Part shown: piece by piece, positions 39,671 through 52,919 of the stretch
How the letters are laid out: the number at the start of each line of letters is the position of its first letter
Position numbering within the stretch: the stretch's first letter is position 1
Assembly (NCBI RefSeq): GCF_001194135.2
Contig: NC_068987.1
Coordinates: 94,640,029-94,704,028, forward strand
Origin: Octopus bimaculoides
Lineage: Eukaryota
DNA: 64,000 bases
Direction of reading: 5' to 3'
Notes under the pieces: model-generated
Told to the model about the DNA's origin: nothing
Seen by the model: the letters and a program-made list of their open reading frames with translations, nothing else
Databases searched by the model: none
Position numbers and translations under genes: made by a program

Positions 39671-40559
39671 GTAAGGCCAAATCTATTTTCATGCTAATTG
39701 TTGCCCTTGTTTTTGTTAATTTTAGTTTTTGTGAAATCCTGCTTCTAATCATAATGACTTAAATTGGCATCATTCAAACACATACAAAAACCTTTTTATT
39801 TCATCTGTATCCAATTAACTGGTGTCTTGTGGAGATATGATAATACTATTTCTTGACTAATATTGTTCCATCACATATTTCTTACTAATTTGATTTTCAA
39901 AGCTCTTCCTATTTATTAAGTTAGTGCTATCATAGTTAACAAACTGCTTATCCCAAAGTGCTCAACTTTACATTACACTGTTAAATGTTGAGGAATTATC
40001 CGTGCTAATTTTTCAGATGGTTCTTCACAGTCAGCATGTAAAAGGTGATTTTTCTCCCACCTTAATTAAAGACAAAAGTAACAGCAATAGAGGCCCCAAG
40101 TTTCCCTGAATATTTTATCCTATAAAGATGTGACTTCTGACATTGCTAGGAGACATACATTTTACTAAAATTATTCTGAGCTTTATATATATAGATAAAC
40201 ATGCTTTTTTTTATTTTGCTTGATAATGTAATAAATTTGTTTTGAAGATGCTGAGCTCTTGTAAGTTCTTTGAAAAATGTTTCATATTGGTTTTTTTTAA
40301 CTAATGCACAAACATTATGTTTTTCAATCCATTTTGCTGTGTTGTTTTCTTCATCTACCTGCTTTTCTTCATATTTTCTCTCTTAGCAACACATTCATAT
40401 CTAAGCATTTGCTTTTCTAATTCACTAACTCATTCTTAAAATTAATAAAGATGGGTTAGAGAAAGAAATTTCCACCAAACTGGCAAAATTATTATAACTA
40501 GCTCTCTATTGATTACAAATTATGAGTGTTCCGATCCAATTACTGGAACAGTCTACTCA

Positions 40560-40795
40560 TGAAATCAGTGTGCAAAGGGCTGAGCACTCTAGAGGTCCAT
40601 GTAACCATGGAAATTTAGTATGCCACAGAATGTGACAAGGCTGGCCCCCTTTCACTTTCAGGTGCAACTCCTTTTTGCTAGCTGAGTTGACAGGGGCAAT
40701 GTGAAATAAAGTGTCTTGCTCCAGGACACAGCATGCCACCAGGAATTGAACTCACAACCTTAAAATCGTGAGCTGAATACCCTAACCACTATGTT
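40560..40795 (-). mobile_element. SINE family 4 (tRNA-like head)
   Basis: Minus strand reads tagtggttagggtattcagctcacg..gtgagttcaattcctgg..gtgtcctggagcaagacactttatttcacattgccc. Related + copy near 57745-57900. Confidence 0.75.
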
Positions 40796-41404
40796 GCGTG
40801 CCCAGACTCTCAGAATGTGCTACACTGTTTGTTCTGGCTCTTTACATCCAGAATTCGAATGTTACCAAAGCAAAATTGATCTTTTTATCTTTATAGAGTT
40901 GATGAAATAAAGATTAATTGCCTCTGTAATTATTTACCCTCTGATTGTTAGGTCTTGTCCTGATGAGATTGGAGCATCTGCAATTCAGATTCTTGTGACA
41001 AGGATATGTTCCAACAGTCAGATTGTTCCTTTGCACCAGCACACTCTGCTGCATGTCCTGGCTGTTGATATGCAGAGACACTCTGCATCTTGATGATGTT
41101 CCCTGTCTCTGAGTTTGTCCCCTTTCTGCAGTTTGTCCCCTTCATAGAGATACAGTCTTGAGTTAAGCAACTAGAATGTTGTGGAGTCATTAGCACACTG
41201 GAGGAAATGTTCCTTAGCATGTTCTCCACCTTTTTGTGTGCTGAATTCAAATTCTGCCAAAGAGGCTGCAGTCACCGTTTATCCTTTCAGGGTTGATAAG
41301 ACAAGTAGAGAATTGGGATCAATATATTTGATGGATCTTCTCTCCAAAATGACAGGCTTTGTGCCTGTAGCTGAAAGAATTGTAATTGTTATAATTATTA
41401 TTAT

Positions 41405-41960
41405 TGAGTGAGAGAGCAGTGCATGCCTTCATAGTGACATGGGGGTACAATTATACGAAGCCCAGTATTCCCATCATGACTACTTGTCTGATAAGAGTAC
41501 ACCAAACACATGCATCACAACCACATGTGCGCAACATGGTGATCTCCCATCAAGATAAACAGTGCATGACCTTGCAGGTGGAGGCCCAGTTAAAATTTTC
41601 TTCAGTTTAAGTAGCCCATCTTGCTCAAAAGGTCCCTGATTAAGGGTTATTTAAGGATGATGGACGAAACACCCATGTTTCCAGAGGTGAATTCTTCAAA
41701 CCCCCCAAAATTCCTCTCAACACATGGCTATGATTCTCCCCCACTACTTCTGCTCATGATCAGAGATGCACATATCGTCAGCCACTAAGGGACATGCTCA
41801 ACTGGCTACGGTCAAACAACTTACAAGCACATCTGTGGTATTGAGCAGAATATTTGCTGTAGCCTGTCTTTTATATCAAGGCAAGACATGTACATGATAA
41901 CACTTCCATTCAGTTAACATGAGAAGCCATGAGAGTCAGTGCCTGGTACTGCATCAGAGC
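41405..41960. repeat. Unclassified probable interspersed repeat
   Basis: Sharp block of balanced GC with no long ORF, bounded by (ATT)n on both sides. Single copy in this window; classification needs a repeat library. Confidence 0.45.
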
Positions 41961-42019
41961 AGTTATTATTTATTTTATTCTATTATTATTATTTTTTTTT
42001 AATCACTTTATCACTTGTA

Positions 42020-42075
<56 letters not shown>

Positions 42076-42077
<2 letters not shown>

Positions 42078-42275
42078 GGTGAGAAACTGGCAGAATCATT
42101 AGCATTTTATCTGTCTTTACATTCTGAGTTCAAATTCCACCATGGTTGACTTTGCTTTTCATCCTTTCAAGATCAATAAAATAAGTGCAGGCTGTGCACT
42201 GGACTCAATGTAATCAATAGTTTTGCTCCTCTGAAATTTCAAGCCTTGTGCCTATTGTAGAAAGGATTATTATTA
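42076..42275 (+). mobile_element. SINE family 2 copy between (ATT)n tracts
   Basis: ctgagttcaaattcc..tttgcttttcatcctttc..aataaaataagt..gccttgtgcct. Confidence 0.8.
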
Positions 42276-42560
42276 TTTGCTGTTTCGTGGAATTGTTACT
42301 TTGCCTGTTTTAATTATTCTTATATATCTCTTGTATACAAACTGAAACAAAAAATGTTTCTTTCCATCACAGAAAGTATTGTAAAAAAACATCACAAAGA
42401 TTTCTACACACACTAATATATGACAACAGCAGTAATAATAATAGTAATAATAATAATAATAATAATGATAATAATAATGATAATAATAATAATGAAATTT
42501 ATAATGAACATTTCCATAATCCTATAACCACAACCGTAAGTTTTTGTCATTTTATTATAG

Positions 42561-42708
42561 ATGCTCAGCCAAGGTTCCCACGAACTGTTCCTCCTGCCAG
42601 ACAAGGGTCAGTTGGTCAGGGACAGTACCAACAAGTTTCAGGATCTGATTATCCCAGACACTTCCAGAATGGCGATCCTAATGCCATGAATCAAGCCACA
42701 CTAGATAG
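42561..42708 (+). CDS. TENM: Teneurin exon C, intracellular domain (absent from ORF track)
   Basis: Acceptor tttttgtcattttattatag and donor TAG|gtaagg; 148 nt, phase 1 to 2. Reads DAQPRFPRTVPPARQGSVGQGQYQQVSGSDYPRHFQNGDPNAMNQATLDR. Its phases exactly bridge exon B (ends phase 1) and exon D (starts phase 2). Confidence 0.88.
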
Positions 42709-42773
42709 GTAAGGTTTTGTAGTATTTCAAAACAATTACTTTTTGAAGTCATTGATTTACATGCGATGTTGGG

Positions 42774-42812
<39 letters not shown>

Positions 42813-43249
42813 TGTTTGTGTGTGTGTAGATAGTCTTATCTGTGTGTCTATGTTTGTATCTTTGTTAATTTCTGGGTATTACTGAGTCTGTGTGTGTGTG
42901 TACATATATGTGTGTGTGTCTGTATATATATATATGTGAATATGTATGTATGTATGTGTGTGTGTGTGACTGTATATATGTCTGTATATATATTCACATA
43001 TATACACATACATAGTATATGCATATTTGTGTGTTTTTCCCAATGTTGCAAGAATGAGCATGGATGTGTAGTCCTTCACCTAATTGGATTGATATTAAAC
43101 ATTTTTTTACCAGGCATCTATCCTTAGTATCAAAGTAGGCTGTACATTTACACACACACACGCACACACACACACACACACAAGCATATATACCAACATA
43201 ATCTTCAATGTAAATATTTACATGTGTGTGTAGGCATGTATGTATGTTT

Positions 43250-43812
43250 TATGGTGAGCTTGCAGAGGGGAAACCGCTATTGGGGTAAACCTAAAAGAAA
43301 GGTTTAAGGACAGCATAAGGGCTGCTATGAAGTCACTGGCAATGGATCCAGAGGACATAAAGACCCTTTCTGCGGATCGAGCTGGATGGTGAACAAAGGT
43401 GTCAATTAGAATGAAAGCGTTTGAAGAGGCCATGATAACGCATGCAAGACTCAAGAGAGATCTAAGGAAGAATGTTATGATCGAGAATGTGAATCACAAT
43501 GACCATGTGTGCGCAGTTTGTGACAGACGATGCCTTTCTTTTGCTGGGCTCGAATCTCATTTGTGAACCCATGGAAAACGAACTTCCAACTATTCTGCTT
43601 ATATGTCTGTGCACACCTTTGAATGCAATGTATGCCAGAAGGTTTGCAAATCTTACGGAGGCCTCAAAAGACATTTTAAGATCCACAAAGATCAGAGCTT
43701 ATCTGCAGCTCTCGGTGGTCCAAATCGGATATGCAATCTATGTGGGTGTTTTTTCAGAACATTGTCTGGTTTAAAAAGCCACATCAGATGCCATGATGGT
43801 GCTAAGGTGTAG
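43250..43812 (+). mobile_element. 5'-truncated RTE-clade LINE 3' end with three C2H2 fingers
   Basis: YGELAEGK...GKPK/RFKDSI (one frameshift), LSADRAGW*, then CAVCDRRCLSFAGLESHL*TH, CNVCQKVCKSYGGLKRHFKIH and CNLCGCFFRTLSGLKSHIRCH, with TAG at 43810. Confidence 0.8.
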
Positions 43813-45084
43813 GTCCAGGAGGTAGTCAAACCCATGTACGTGCGTGTGTCTATACGCAACATAAATTTTTACATTTACTTTATCCTTGGGTTGGATGAGA
43901 CCCCTTAAAGCAATACTTTGAACCCTGATGACCTTCTTGATGCTTACTCTACTCGTTTCCAAGGAAGGTGTTTTTATTCATTTGTCTTCTTGCCAAACTG
44001 CCAGGTCATGGGACGTATTGTTTATGCAAGTTATAAGCAAACATGGATGCATCCATCTGTCCACCCATCCCCTCAACCAGCCAACCACCCAACCATCCAT
44101 CCATCCATCCAACCATCCATCCATCCATCTTTCTTTGTTTCCTTCCCCACCCCTCCTGCATGGTCTAGATGGTTTGTCATGGTCCAGCACAGTTCAGAGT
44201 GGAGTTATTCAGGCATATCATTGAGAGAGGATGGTAGGAAAGAGACTGACAGAAACAGTGTTAAGGAATGGGGCGGGGTGCATTACTAGGAGGCAATATG
44301 AGAGACAGTGGGAGAGGGATAAGAACCGTGGGGGAGGGTTGAGTGAGAGATGCAGTGCTCTTTGTTGTTATGAATGGCTGGACTGAGGGGTGTGGGAAAG
44401 AGAAATCAGAGCCTGTCCTCAGAGTCCCACATCTCAGAAGGATGTGGTGTGACAGAGGCATCAAGGAGAGTGAGCAGAGGTTGTTAAAGAGCTTGTCTTC
44501 CTCACTCAGGGATCATGATTTTGAAAGACTGGAAAAGGTGGGAGCAAAATACAGGACAGCTGTGAGCATGTGTTTCTGCCCCAGTAGACATCATCAGCAC
44601 ATCATTCTCCTACTTTGACTCTTTCCAGGTCTATAATAAAGTTCCACTAATATAATCCCTTATACTTGTAACTTTGTGTGTCTGTGTAAGAAATCACCAC
44701 TACCACCACCACCACCACTACTACTACTGACTAATTAACACCACTGCCACCATGTGTAGTAGTATTAGTAGACTATATTACTCTTATTTCTAGTCTTGCT
44801 CAAAGGTGTAATCTCTTCTCACTCTATGTTAATTACTTGGCCTCTTTTAATCTCATTGATTTTCTTTCACACACTGTTGTTTCTCACTCTATCTCTCTCC
44901 TTCCCCCTTCATCTCTCTCTCCTTCCCCCTTCATCTCTCTCTCTCTCGTCTCCCCCTCTCTTCCTCATACCATATACCTTAGTTCTCATCAGTCTCACCT
45001 CCTCTGCTCCATGTCTCTTTTGTCTGGTCCAGTTAGAAAAGTTCTTAGGTACAAATGGCACGGACCAGATGTTGAATCGATAAA

Positions 45085-45897
45085 NNNNNNNNNNNNNNNN
45101 NNNNNNNNNNNNNNNNNNNNNNNNNNNNNNNNNNNNNNNNNNNNNNNNNNNNNNNNNNNNNNNNNNNNNNNNNNNNNNNNNNNNNNNNNNNNNNNNNNNN
45201 NNNNNNNNNNNNNNNNNNNNNNNNNNNNNNNNNNNNNNNNNNNNNNNNNNNNNNNNNNNNNNNNNNNNNNNNNNNNNNNNNNNNNNNNNNNNNNNNNNNN
45301 NNNNNNNNNNNNNNNNNNNNNNNNNNNNNNNNNNNNNNNNNNNNNNNNNNNNNNNNNNNNNNNNNNNNNNNNNNNNNNNNNNNNNNNNNNNNNNNNNNNN
45401 NNNNNNNNNNNNNNNNNNNNNNNNNNNNNNNNNNNNNNNNNNNNNNNNNNNNNNNNNNNNNNNNNNNNNNNNNNNNNNNNNNNNNNNNNNNNNNNNNNNN
45501 NNNNNNNNNNNNNNNNNNNNNNNNNNNNNNNNNNNNNNNNNNNNNNNNNNNNNNNNNNNNNNNNNNNNNNNNNNNNNNNNNNNNNNNNNNNNNNNNNNNN
45601 NNNNNNNNNNNNNNNNNNNNNNNNNNNNNNNNNNNNNNNNNNNNNNNNNNNNNNNNNNNNNNNNNNNNNNNNNNNNNNNNNNNNNNNNNNNNNNNNNNNN
45701 NNNNNNNNNNNNNNNNNNNNNNNNNNNNNNNNNNNNNNNNNNNNNNNNNNNNNNNNNNNNNNNNNNNNNNNNNNNNNNNNNNNNNNNNNNNNNNNNNNNN
45801 NNNNNNNNNNNNNNNNNNNNNNNNNNNNNNNNNNNNNNNNNNNNNNNNNNNNNNNNNNNNNNNNNNNNNNNNNNNNNNNNNNNNNNNNNNNNNNNNN
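45085..45897. other. Assembly gap
   Basis: N run. Confidence 1.
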
Positions 45898-46762
45898 ATA
45901 TATATATATATATAATGAGAAAGAATGTGAGAGAGATAGAGAGAGAGAGGGACAGACAGACAGACAGATGGAGAAAATATGGACATAAAACACGTGTAGT
46001 GATGCAGCATATTTGGGAATGTGTAAATGAAAAGTGGGCCTGAGAGAATGTATAAAAAGAGTAAGATTGAGAGAAATAACAATGTGAATAAGCAAGCGCC
46101 TAGCAGCCAGGAATTTAACAGTAAAACCCATTATAAGGAAATGTTTTGGAAAAATTCAATGGAGATAGATAGAGAGATAGAGGCAGACAGACAGACATAT
46201 ATATTTCTATGTATATATATGTGTGTGTGTGTGTATGTATATATATAGATGTGAAAAGAGGAGGGGTGGGGAATATAATAAGTACCTTGCAGTAAAAACT
46301 ATTATAGATTTTTTTTTTTATATTGACTGTAAAGATTGAAGATGAGGGAAAAGCATCGTATTGAAATAGAGATATAATATATATTAGCAAATGACGTTAG
46401 TGTGATATAAAATTTACATTACAAGTGTTGTTATGAATGTTTGTATGATTTACTTTTTATTCTATTTGCTTTTGTCTTTTATACATAGTTCTATGTTTAG
46501 TGCCTTCTGGCTCCAATGTAATCACTATTATATATTGAAAGAGTTTCATGTATTCAGTTTATGCAAAGTGCCCTGTATTTGATGTCTGCTATGGTTTTGG
46601 TAATTTTGCTGCTCTGAGTGTAAAATTTGGCTGCGTTCGGCTTTCATTTTACTTTTACATTTATGTTTTCTTGAGTCCTAACACCTCTCTTCATTATTAT
46701 TACAACAGTTTCTACATTCATACTCACATCTATTCACCCTTGTTTTGATGGCTTGTCAGATA

Positions 46763-46857
<95 letters not shown>

Positions 46858-48105
46858 CCTTTTTCTCTCCACAGACACATACGTACCACTCACTGACTCT
46901 GGGATTAGTACCTAATGACAGACTGCAGTAGTAAGATAACCAATAACCAAGTGAAACCCAGAGGTTTTACATCATAGTGTTTGTTCCTCTTCTAGAAGGA
47001 TACTGTCCTTACAGGATACACATACTAATGCCTATTCCTTTCCATTCCAGGGGCTTATATGCCCTAATCTTAAACAAATTTCTATAGTCAATATACTGTG
47101 AAGGCTTATAATTCTATTTACAGAATTTCAATCGCCTTTCTATACTGTGTATACTATGCCCCTTCTTTTTCATTGTACACTGTGTATATGTCCGTTTTTC
47201 ATTGTACACTGTGTATACTTACTGTTTTTTTTTAATAATCATTTTATCATTTCGTTATATGTAACTTCCCACACTGGTGGCAAATAAATGAAATCATTAT
47301 TATCATCATGTTTGTTGTTGTTGTTGTTGTTAGGATGGGAGATAGACAGGATTGGGATAAACCACTTAGCGGGATTTATTGCAGTTTGTGTTGGATTCAA
47401 ATCTCACTGAGACCAACTTTACCTTCCATCCCCCAGGGTCGACAAAATAAAGTTCCAGTAAAATAACAAGACTCATTTGAATGAGTAGACCATTTCCTTC
47501 AAATTGTTTGTGTCCAAAGTAGAAACACTTATTTCTGTTTAAAGAAGATATTTTTGGCAGTCACCACAATTTAAAACATTATTATCATTAATATTCTGGA
47601 TATTTTCATTACCATAATAGCTGCTGATTCTGTGACAATTCTTGTTACTATTAATTTCACTTGCCTTTTTTCCATCATTCTTTCTGCTATCTTTATTTCT
47701 GTTATTGTTTCTTTCCATTATTATTTGCATGATAATCTCACCTTAGACTTAACTCATTAATGGTATCCTGCTGTTTTCAGCATCCTGCTGTTTTCTAGTC
47801 TTTGTTGGTTAGCATCATTGTTCTCATTAGCATAACTAGCTTTTATTGTCAGTGGTAACGGCAGCATCATCAAAGTTTCTGTTTGTTTTTTTTTTGTTTT
47901 TTTTTCTAGTTTTGTCATGTTTCTCTAACAATTATTTGTTGGTTTCTAAGATGCTGCTGGTAACAGCAATGATGATGATGATGATGATGTTGATTGTGGG
48001 TTTGTTGATGGAGTGGATGAGGATTATCATGATATTGTTTGCTGTTTAAGACTTGTAACTATTGTACTAATTTAGCAGATGGGCGTTTGCATTTGTGCAT
48101 GTATG

Positions 48106-48141
<36 letters not shown>

Positions 48142-48623
48142 CACACGTGCTCACACACACGCATTCAAATATTGACATTCCTACAAACACATACACACAC
48201 AATCACACACGTGTGTGTGTGTGTAGATTTCCATATATTCTATCATTTATTGATGACATTTATTCATCTATTGCTAACGTTCATAATATGAATTCAATTA
48301 GTGTTGAATGTGTTTTGTTTATGTTTTTATGCAAGAGGCAGAAGAGGATATATCTTCATGTATTTGAATATGTGTGCCTCTCTGTCGACAATGCTGTAGT
48401 TATATTTATTTTCAAACATGTGTGTCAATATAGCTAGCTGTATGTTTCAGTGGGATATGTGTTGAATGAACTTCAGAAGTACTTTAAATGTTCCAGATTA
48501 TTAACTTTAACTCTTGTGTTTCCAGATTTTACATTTTAATCAGTGGATTTCATGACTCATCTTTAGGAAAACTTTATTTTCACTCACTCACTCTCCCTTT
48601 CTCTCTCTCACACACAAACACAC

Positions 48624-48661
<38 letters not shown>

Positions 48662-48789
48662 NNNNNNNNNNTATATACATACACACACACACACCTATAT
48701 ATACATATATATAAATAGATGTGTGTATTTTTCCCTTGTTTACATGTGCCAGAAGTAAAAGAATTTGAATAACACCTGCGTTTAACTCC

Positions 48790-48839
<50 letters not shown>

Positions 48840-49992
48840 GTATGTATATATGTATATGTTTATATAAAGAACACAGTGCTAGTTGGGTTATGTGATGCAT
48901 ATGGATGACAACTATGCAACGAAGTGTTGGTCACTTAAAATGGCTAGAAATTGTAGCTGAGTAGCAATGAAGGCAGATCTCAGATGCTGAGCCTCATGGA
49001 GGAGATGACAAAAGCCCAAGATGACTGTTGATTTGCTATGTTTGAGAAGATCCATCCATCAGAGCAAAAATGATGTCTTAAAAGCATTTTGTCTTGCATG
49101 CACTGGACCCTGTGCCAACACTAATTCTGTCCAATCATGCATCCTCCTAACACCTATCCCTTCATCACATCTCTGTCTATGGCACTATTTGGCTGCTGTA
49201 ATCACTTGAGAGTAGAATCAGCAAATATTACACCCCTGTCTTATTTCTTGTGCTCCCATTTACCTTCTTCCTCACTCAAACCACTTCTATCCCTCATTCT
49301 CATTATTATCCCATCCCATTTTCACCAGTCACCTCTTTTCTGTTCCTTCAGATATCTTTCCTCTCCTTTGCCATACTTCACCTTAACATCTCACCTGTCT
49401 GCTATCATTTTCACTGACATCTCATATCTGCCATGCAATGTAAGCACCCTTATGGCTCTACTTTCTGATCTAATCCTCCTTTCTAAGCTACATCTAGCAG
49501 TCACACTATATACCCTCTTCATATTGATATTTCTCATCAGCCATACCTCTAAACTTCTTCATCACTGACCATTATTCACCTCTACCTTCATCTCGAACCA
49601 CTTATTATTCTTCTCTCGCACACCTATGAAATTACCCCTCTCCCTCTCCATCCACTGACCATGTCTTCTCCTTGAGGGTTTGCTCTGGCACACCATCACT
49701 ACCATTTTCGCCTTCTCAGCTACTCCCACCCTGGGTAGCCCTCATAGCAAGACACATGTGCTTCTCCCTCTATCATACTCAATCCTCTCAAAACGAATCA
49801 CAAAGCCTTGAAAAGGAGGATTCCTATTCTCTTCCTGTCTTGCCAATTACTTGGCAACCTCACCAGTGCCAGGGGCAGCATGAAAAAATAAACCATACCA
49901 AAAGCTGCCACCACTGTAGTTTCATCTAGTCCTGTGGCTCATCAGATCCTGTCAAACTGTCCAACTCATGACAGCATGGAAAATGGATGTTC

Positions 49993-49995
<3 letters not shown>

Positions 49996-50029
<34 letters not shown>

Positions 50030-50052
50030 CATACAGTATTTATAGCATACAT

Positions 50053-50107
<55 letters not shown>

Positions 50108-50215
50108 CATACAGTATTTATAGCATACATTGATATATATATATATATATATATACACATACATACAGTATTTATAGCATACATTGATATATATATATAT
50201 ATATATATATATATC
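49996..50215. repeat. Minisatellite: three copies of catacagtatttatagcatacattga separated by variable (TA)n
   Basis: Direct reading of the sequence. Confidence 0.9.
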
Positions 50216-51339
50216 ATGTACATTCTCCCTTACTTACACAAACACATGCACACACAAATGTTCCCAAGTGTTGGTTTAACTAAGAACCTTTACATTTAAT
50301 GCAATAATTGAAGATGAAGTTGATAATCTGAAGAACTTTGAATTATTTCTGGAGTCAATTTATATGAAGAATTTATACATATTAATGTTGTTAATTTGTT
50401 TTTTTATCCCCACAAATTATGGTTTAATTATGATTGTTCCCATGTACTTTTTGTTTCACATCCTTCCCTGTATACTTTTTTTATTTACATTCTTATATTT
50501 ATTTACGAACACAATACAATACTCCCACACGTATACTTTCCTTAAACACACACACACACACTGTTTTGATGATCAACAATGTCCTACAGCCGAAATACAT
50601 ATTTGTCTTTCTTTCTCTTCCTTTCATTACATCATTCTAAATTCTAGCTGTCAAGCAGCACTTCCATACAATAATACAAACTATTACTGGATTAATATAA
50701 ACTGCGTTCTACTGATAATAAATCTACATCCTTATTACACACTAGCTTCTTTATTTATTTTAAACTAAGCCTTCCAAATAAATACCAATACTACAAAACC
50801 TCCCTTTTCATATTTTTCTCTACATTTATTTCCCTTTGTTATACTCCCATCATTTTCTTTTACTTAGCAAATTTTATTCTCGCGTCCATCTTCATAAGTT
50901 CTCATTTTCTCTGCTTCAGTGACACCTGATTTTAGATTCAAAATTGACAGATTGTTTTAAAATTCAATATATTATGAGTAGAATTTTTTTGCTATATTGG
51001 CCTCACTTTCACCTAGCTTTCGAGGAGAATACTTATCAGATCATCTGGGTGTTTTACCTTCTGGTAGAATGTTTATCTTTTGTCCACTTAACACTGTGGC
51101 ATTGTACCCAAATACGAGTCCATAAATTCTCTCTTAATTTTTTAGTGGTATTCTGTAATTTCAAATGTTGAGATTAAGTTTACATTTGCAACTTGCTCAA
51201 ATATGTCTACTTTTTGCATTAATGTCAAACCATCTGCTTACTCTGTTCTTCAAATCTCAGAGTATGTTGTTACTGCTATGTATCACATGTCCTCTGTCTC
51301 CCTTTAGATCATCCTACCGGGGCTTTGCTCTCATTTGCC

Positions 51340-51470
51340 ACAATAGCTTTGGGGCTGGAAGAGACCTTGCAACAGGCTCCACACTAGATGGCTGGAGAAT
51401 GCAGAGGGGTTGGCATAGGCCCACCAGTAATGGAGAGCACTGGTTGGCTCTATGCATAAGGATGTCTTTG
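51340..51470 (+). mobile_element. Short probable RTE-type LINE 3' remnant
   Basis: Reads TRWLENAEGLA*AHQ*WRALVGSMH, resembling RTE C-termini of the type RW.D.....A.DR..WR.LV.ALC. Confidence 0.4.
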
Positions 51471-52435
51471 GGACTTGCTTCATCAAGCAAGAACATGAAA
51501 TGAAGCTTAAAAGAAAATTTACAATAAAACTAAAAATGAAAAATCATGACACCATCTGAAGTAGGATGTCTTCATTAATATGAATACAATATAATGCTTT
51601 TAGGTGTGGGCCATTTGATGTTTTATAGTTTGAAGCAGGTAAAGTTTGGTAAATAGAATAACAATTAGTTATTTCTTTAATCCGAATTGCTGTCTTTTTT
51701 TCATATTGAAGTAAATCTTTTATATTTTGATTTTTATCATTATGATGTAAATCTAAAATTTAGCAGCCCTGCTTTTTACCTTCAGAAATCATAGAAAAGC
51801 CAGTATTTTTGTTGAAAATAATTGTTAAATACTATAACTATTGTTTTTTTTTTTTATATATATATTTGTTTTGAAAGTTAAGATGATTTTCATATAATAC
51901 ATTTGGCGCAAAAAAATAAAAAATTTGATTATTCTCAAAAGTTATGTCTTTGTGAATAGCTAAAGGATTTTAAGTGAAAGTACTGTTCGTGACCATGGCA
52001 ACAATGGGTAGTGACAATATGCTGGTAGAGGACTCAATAAGCCAAAAATAAGTTAAAGATATTGATCCATTTTTTTAAGTAATTAAGAAATTGATTTTAG
52101 TAATTTTCTCCTTAAACCTACCTAGTGCTTTATCTCTTCTATTTGTGTTCTTTTATTATTTCCTGTTCCATTCTGACTCTCACCTTTGCTATCATTGGCA
52201 AACATCTATCACCACTAGACCACTTTATTACCCTCCTCCTTTTTAATGACCCTTTAGAATCAGTTTTATATCCCAACTTTTTTATTTTCTTGGTCCACGT
52301 ACTTTGTTCATTTCTTTTTGTACTTTCTTTCCCTGTGAAACTGTTTTATCTTACTCTTTCAATCTCCTCTTTCTGGCTCTGTGGCCCACCCACTCCCCCC
52401 TCTTCCGGTTGTTGTCATTGTTGTTGTTGTTGCAG

Positions 52436-52650
52436 ACACACTTACACGTTCCCCCAGTTTGCTGCCACAGCGACAACGGTGACAACATACCCTCCACCAC
52501 CTCAGGACTATACAGTATGTTATTCCAAATTTAGCAACGCCAGCCATCGGGTTAAGAAACAGTTAAAGCAACGCTGCAGTTGGAAGTGTATGGCCTTGCT
52601 CCTGCTTATCATCTCGGTCGCTTTACTTGCCTGTGTAGCCTATTTTGCAG
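52436..52650 (+). CDS. TENM: Teneurin exon D, juxtamembrane region and most of the type II TM helix
   Basis: Acceptor (ttg)n-cag and donor CAG|gtatgt; 215 nt, phase 2 to 1. Encodes HTYTFPQF...VKKQLKQRCSWKCMALLLLIISVALLACVAYFA. Basic residues plus CSWKC followed by a hydrophobic helix is the teneurin juxtamembrane signature (vertebrate CSWKCTAL...YFIAMHLFG). Confidence 0.93.
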
Positions 52651-52824
52651 GTATGTATTCAAATTTCATATTATTCAACTTTTTCTTTCTTTTTTTTTCT
52701 CTTTTGATTGTTTTTACTGTCAACATTTCATTTTGGGAATTTTCACTCATCGAAATTCCACTCATTATATACACTTAAAAAGCATCACTGCAAACTAAGA
52801 AAACACTTATTAATCTTACAATGT

Positions 52825-52919
<95 letters not shown>

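Noticed and set aside
40740-40795. tRNA-like A/B boxes in SINE heads
   Set aside because: No complete cloverleaf; they continue into multicopy SINE bodies, so they are not tRNA genes.
41000-41045. CTGATGA flanked by a 7-bp stem
   Set aside because: Has GCAA instead of GAAA and no stem III.
44837-46131. Long ORFs of 345-383 aa (also around 33.7-34.2 kb and 62.0-62.8 kb)
   Set aside because: Artefacts of N runs.
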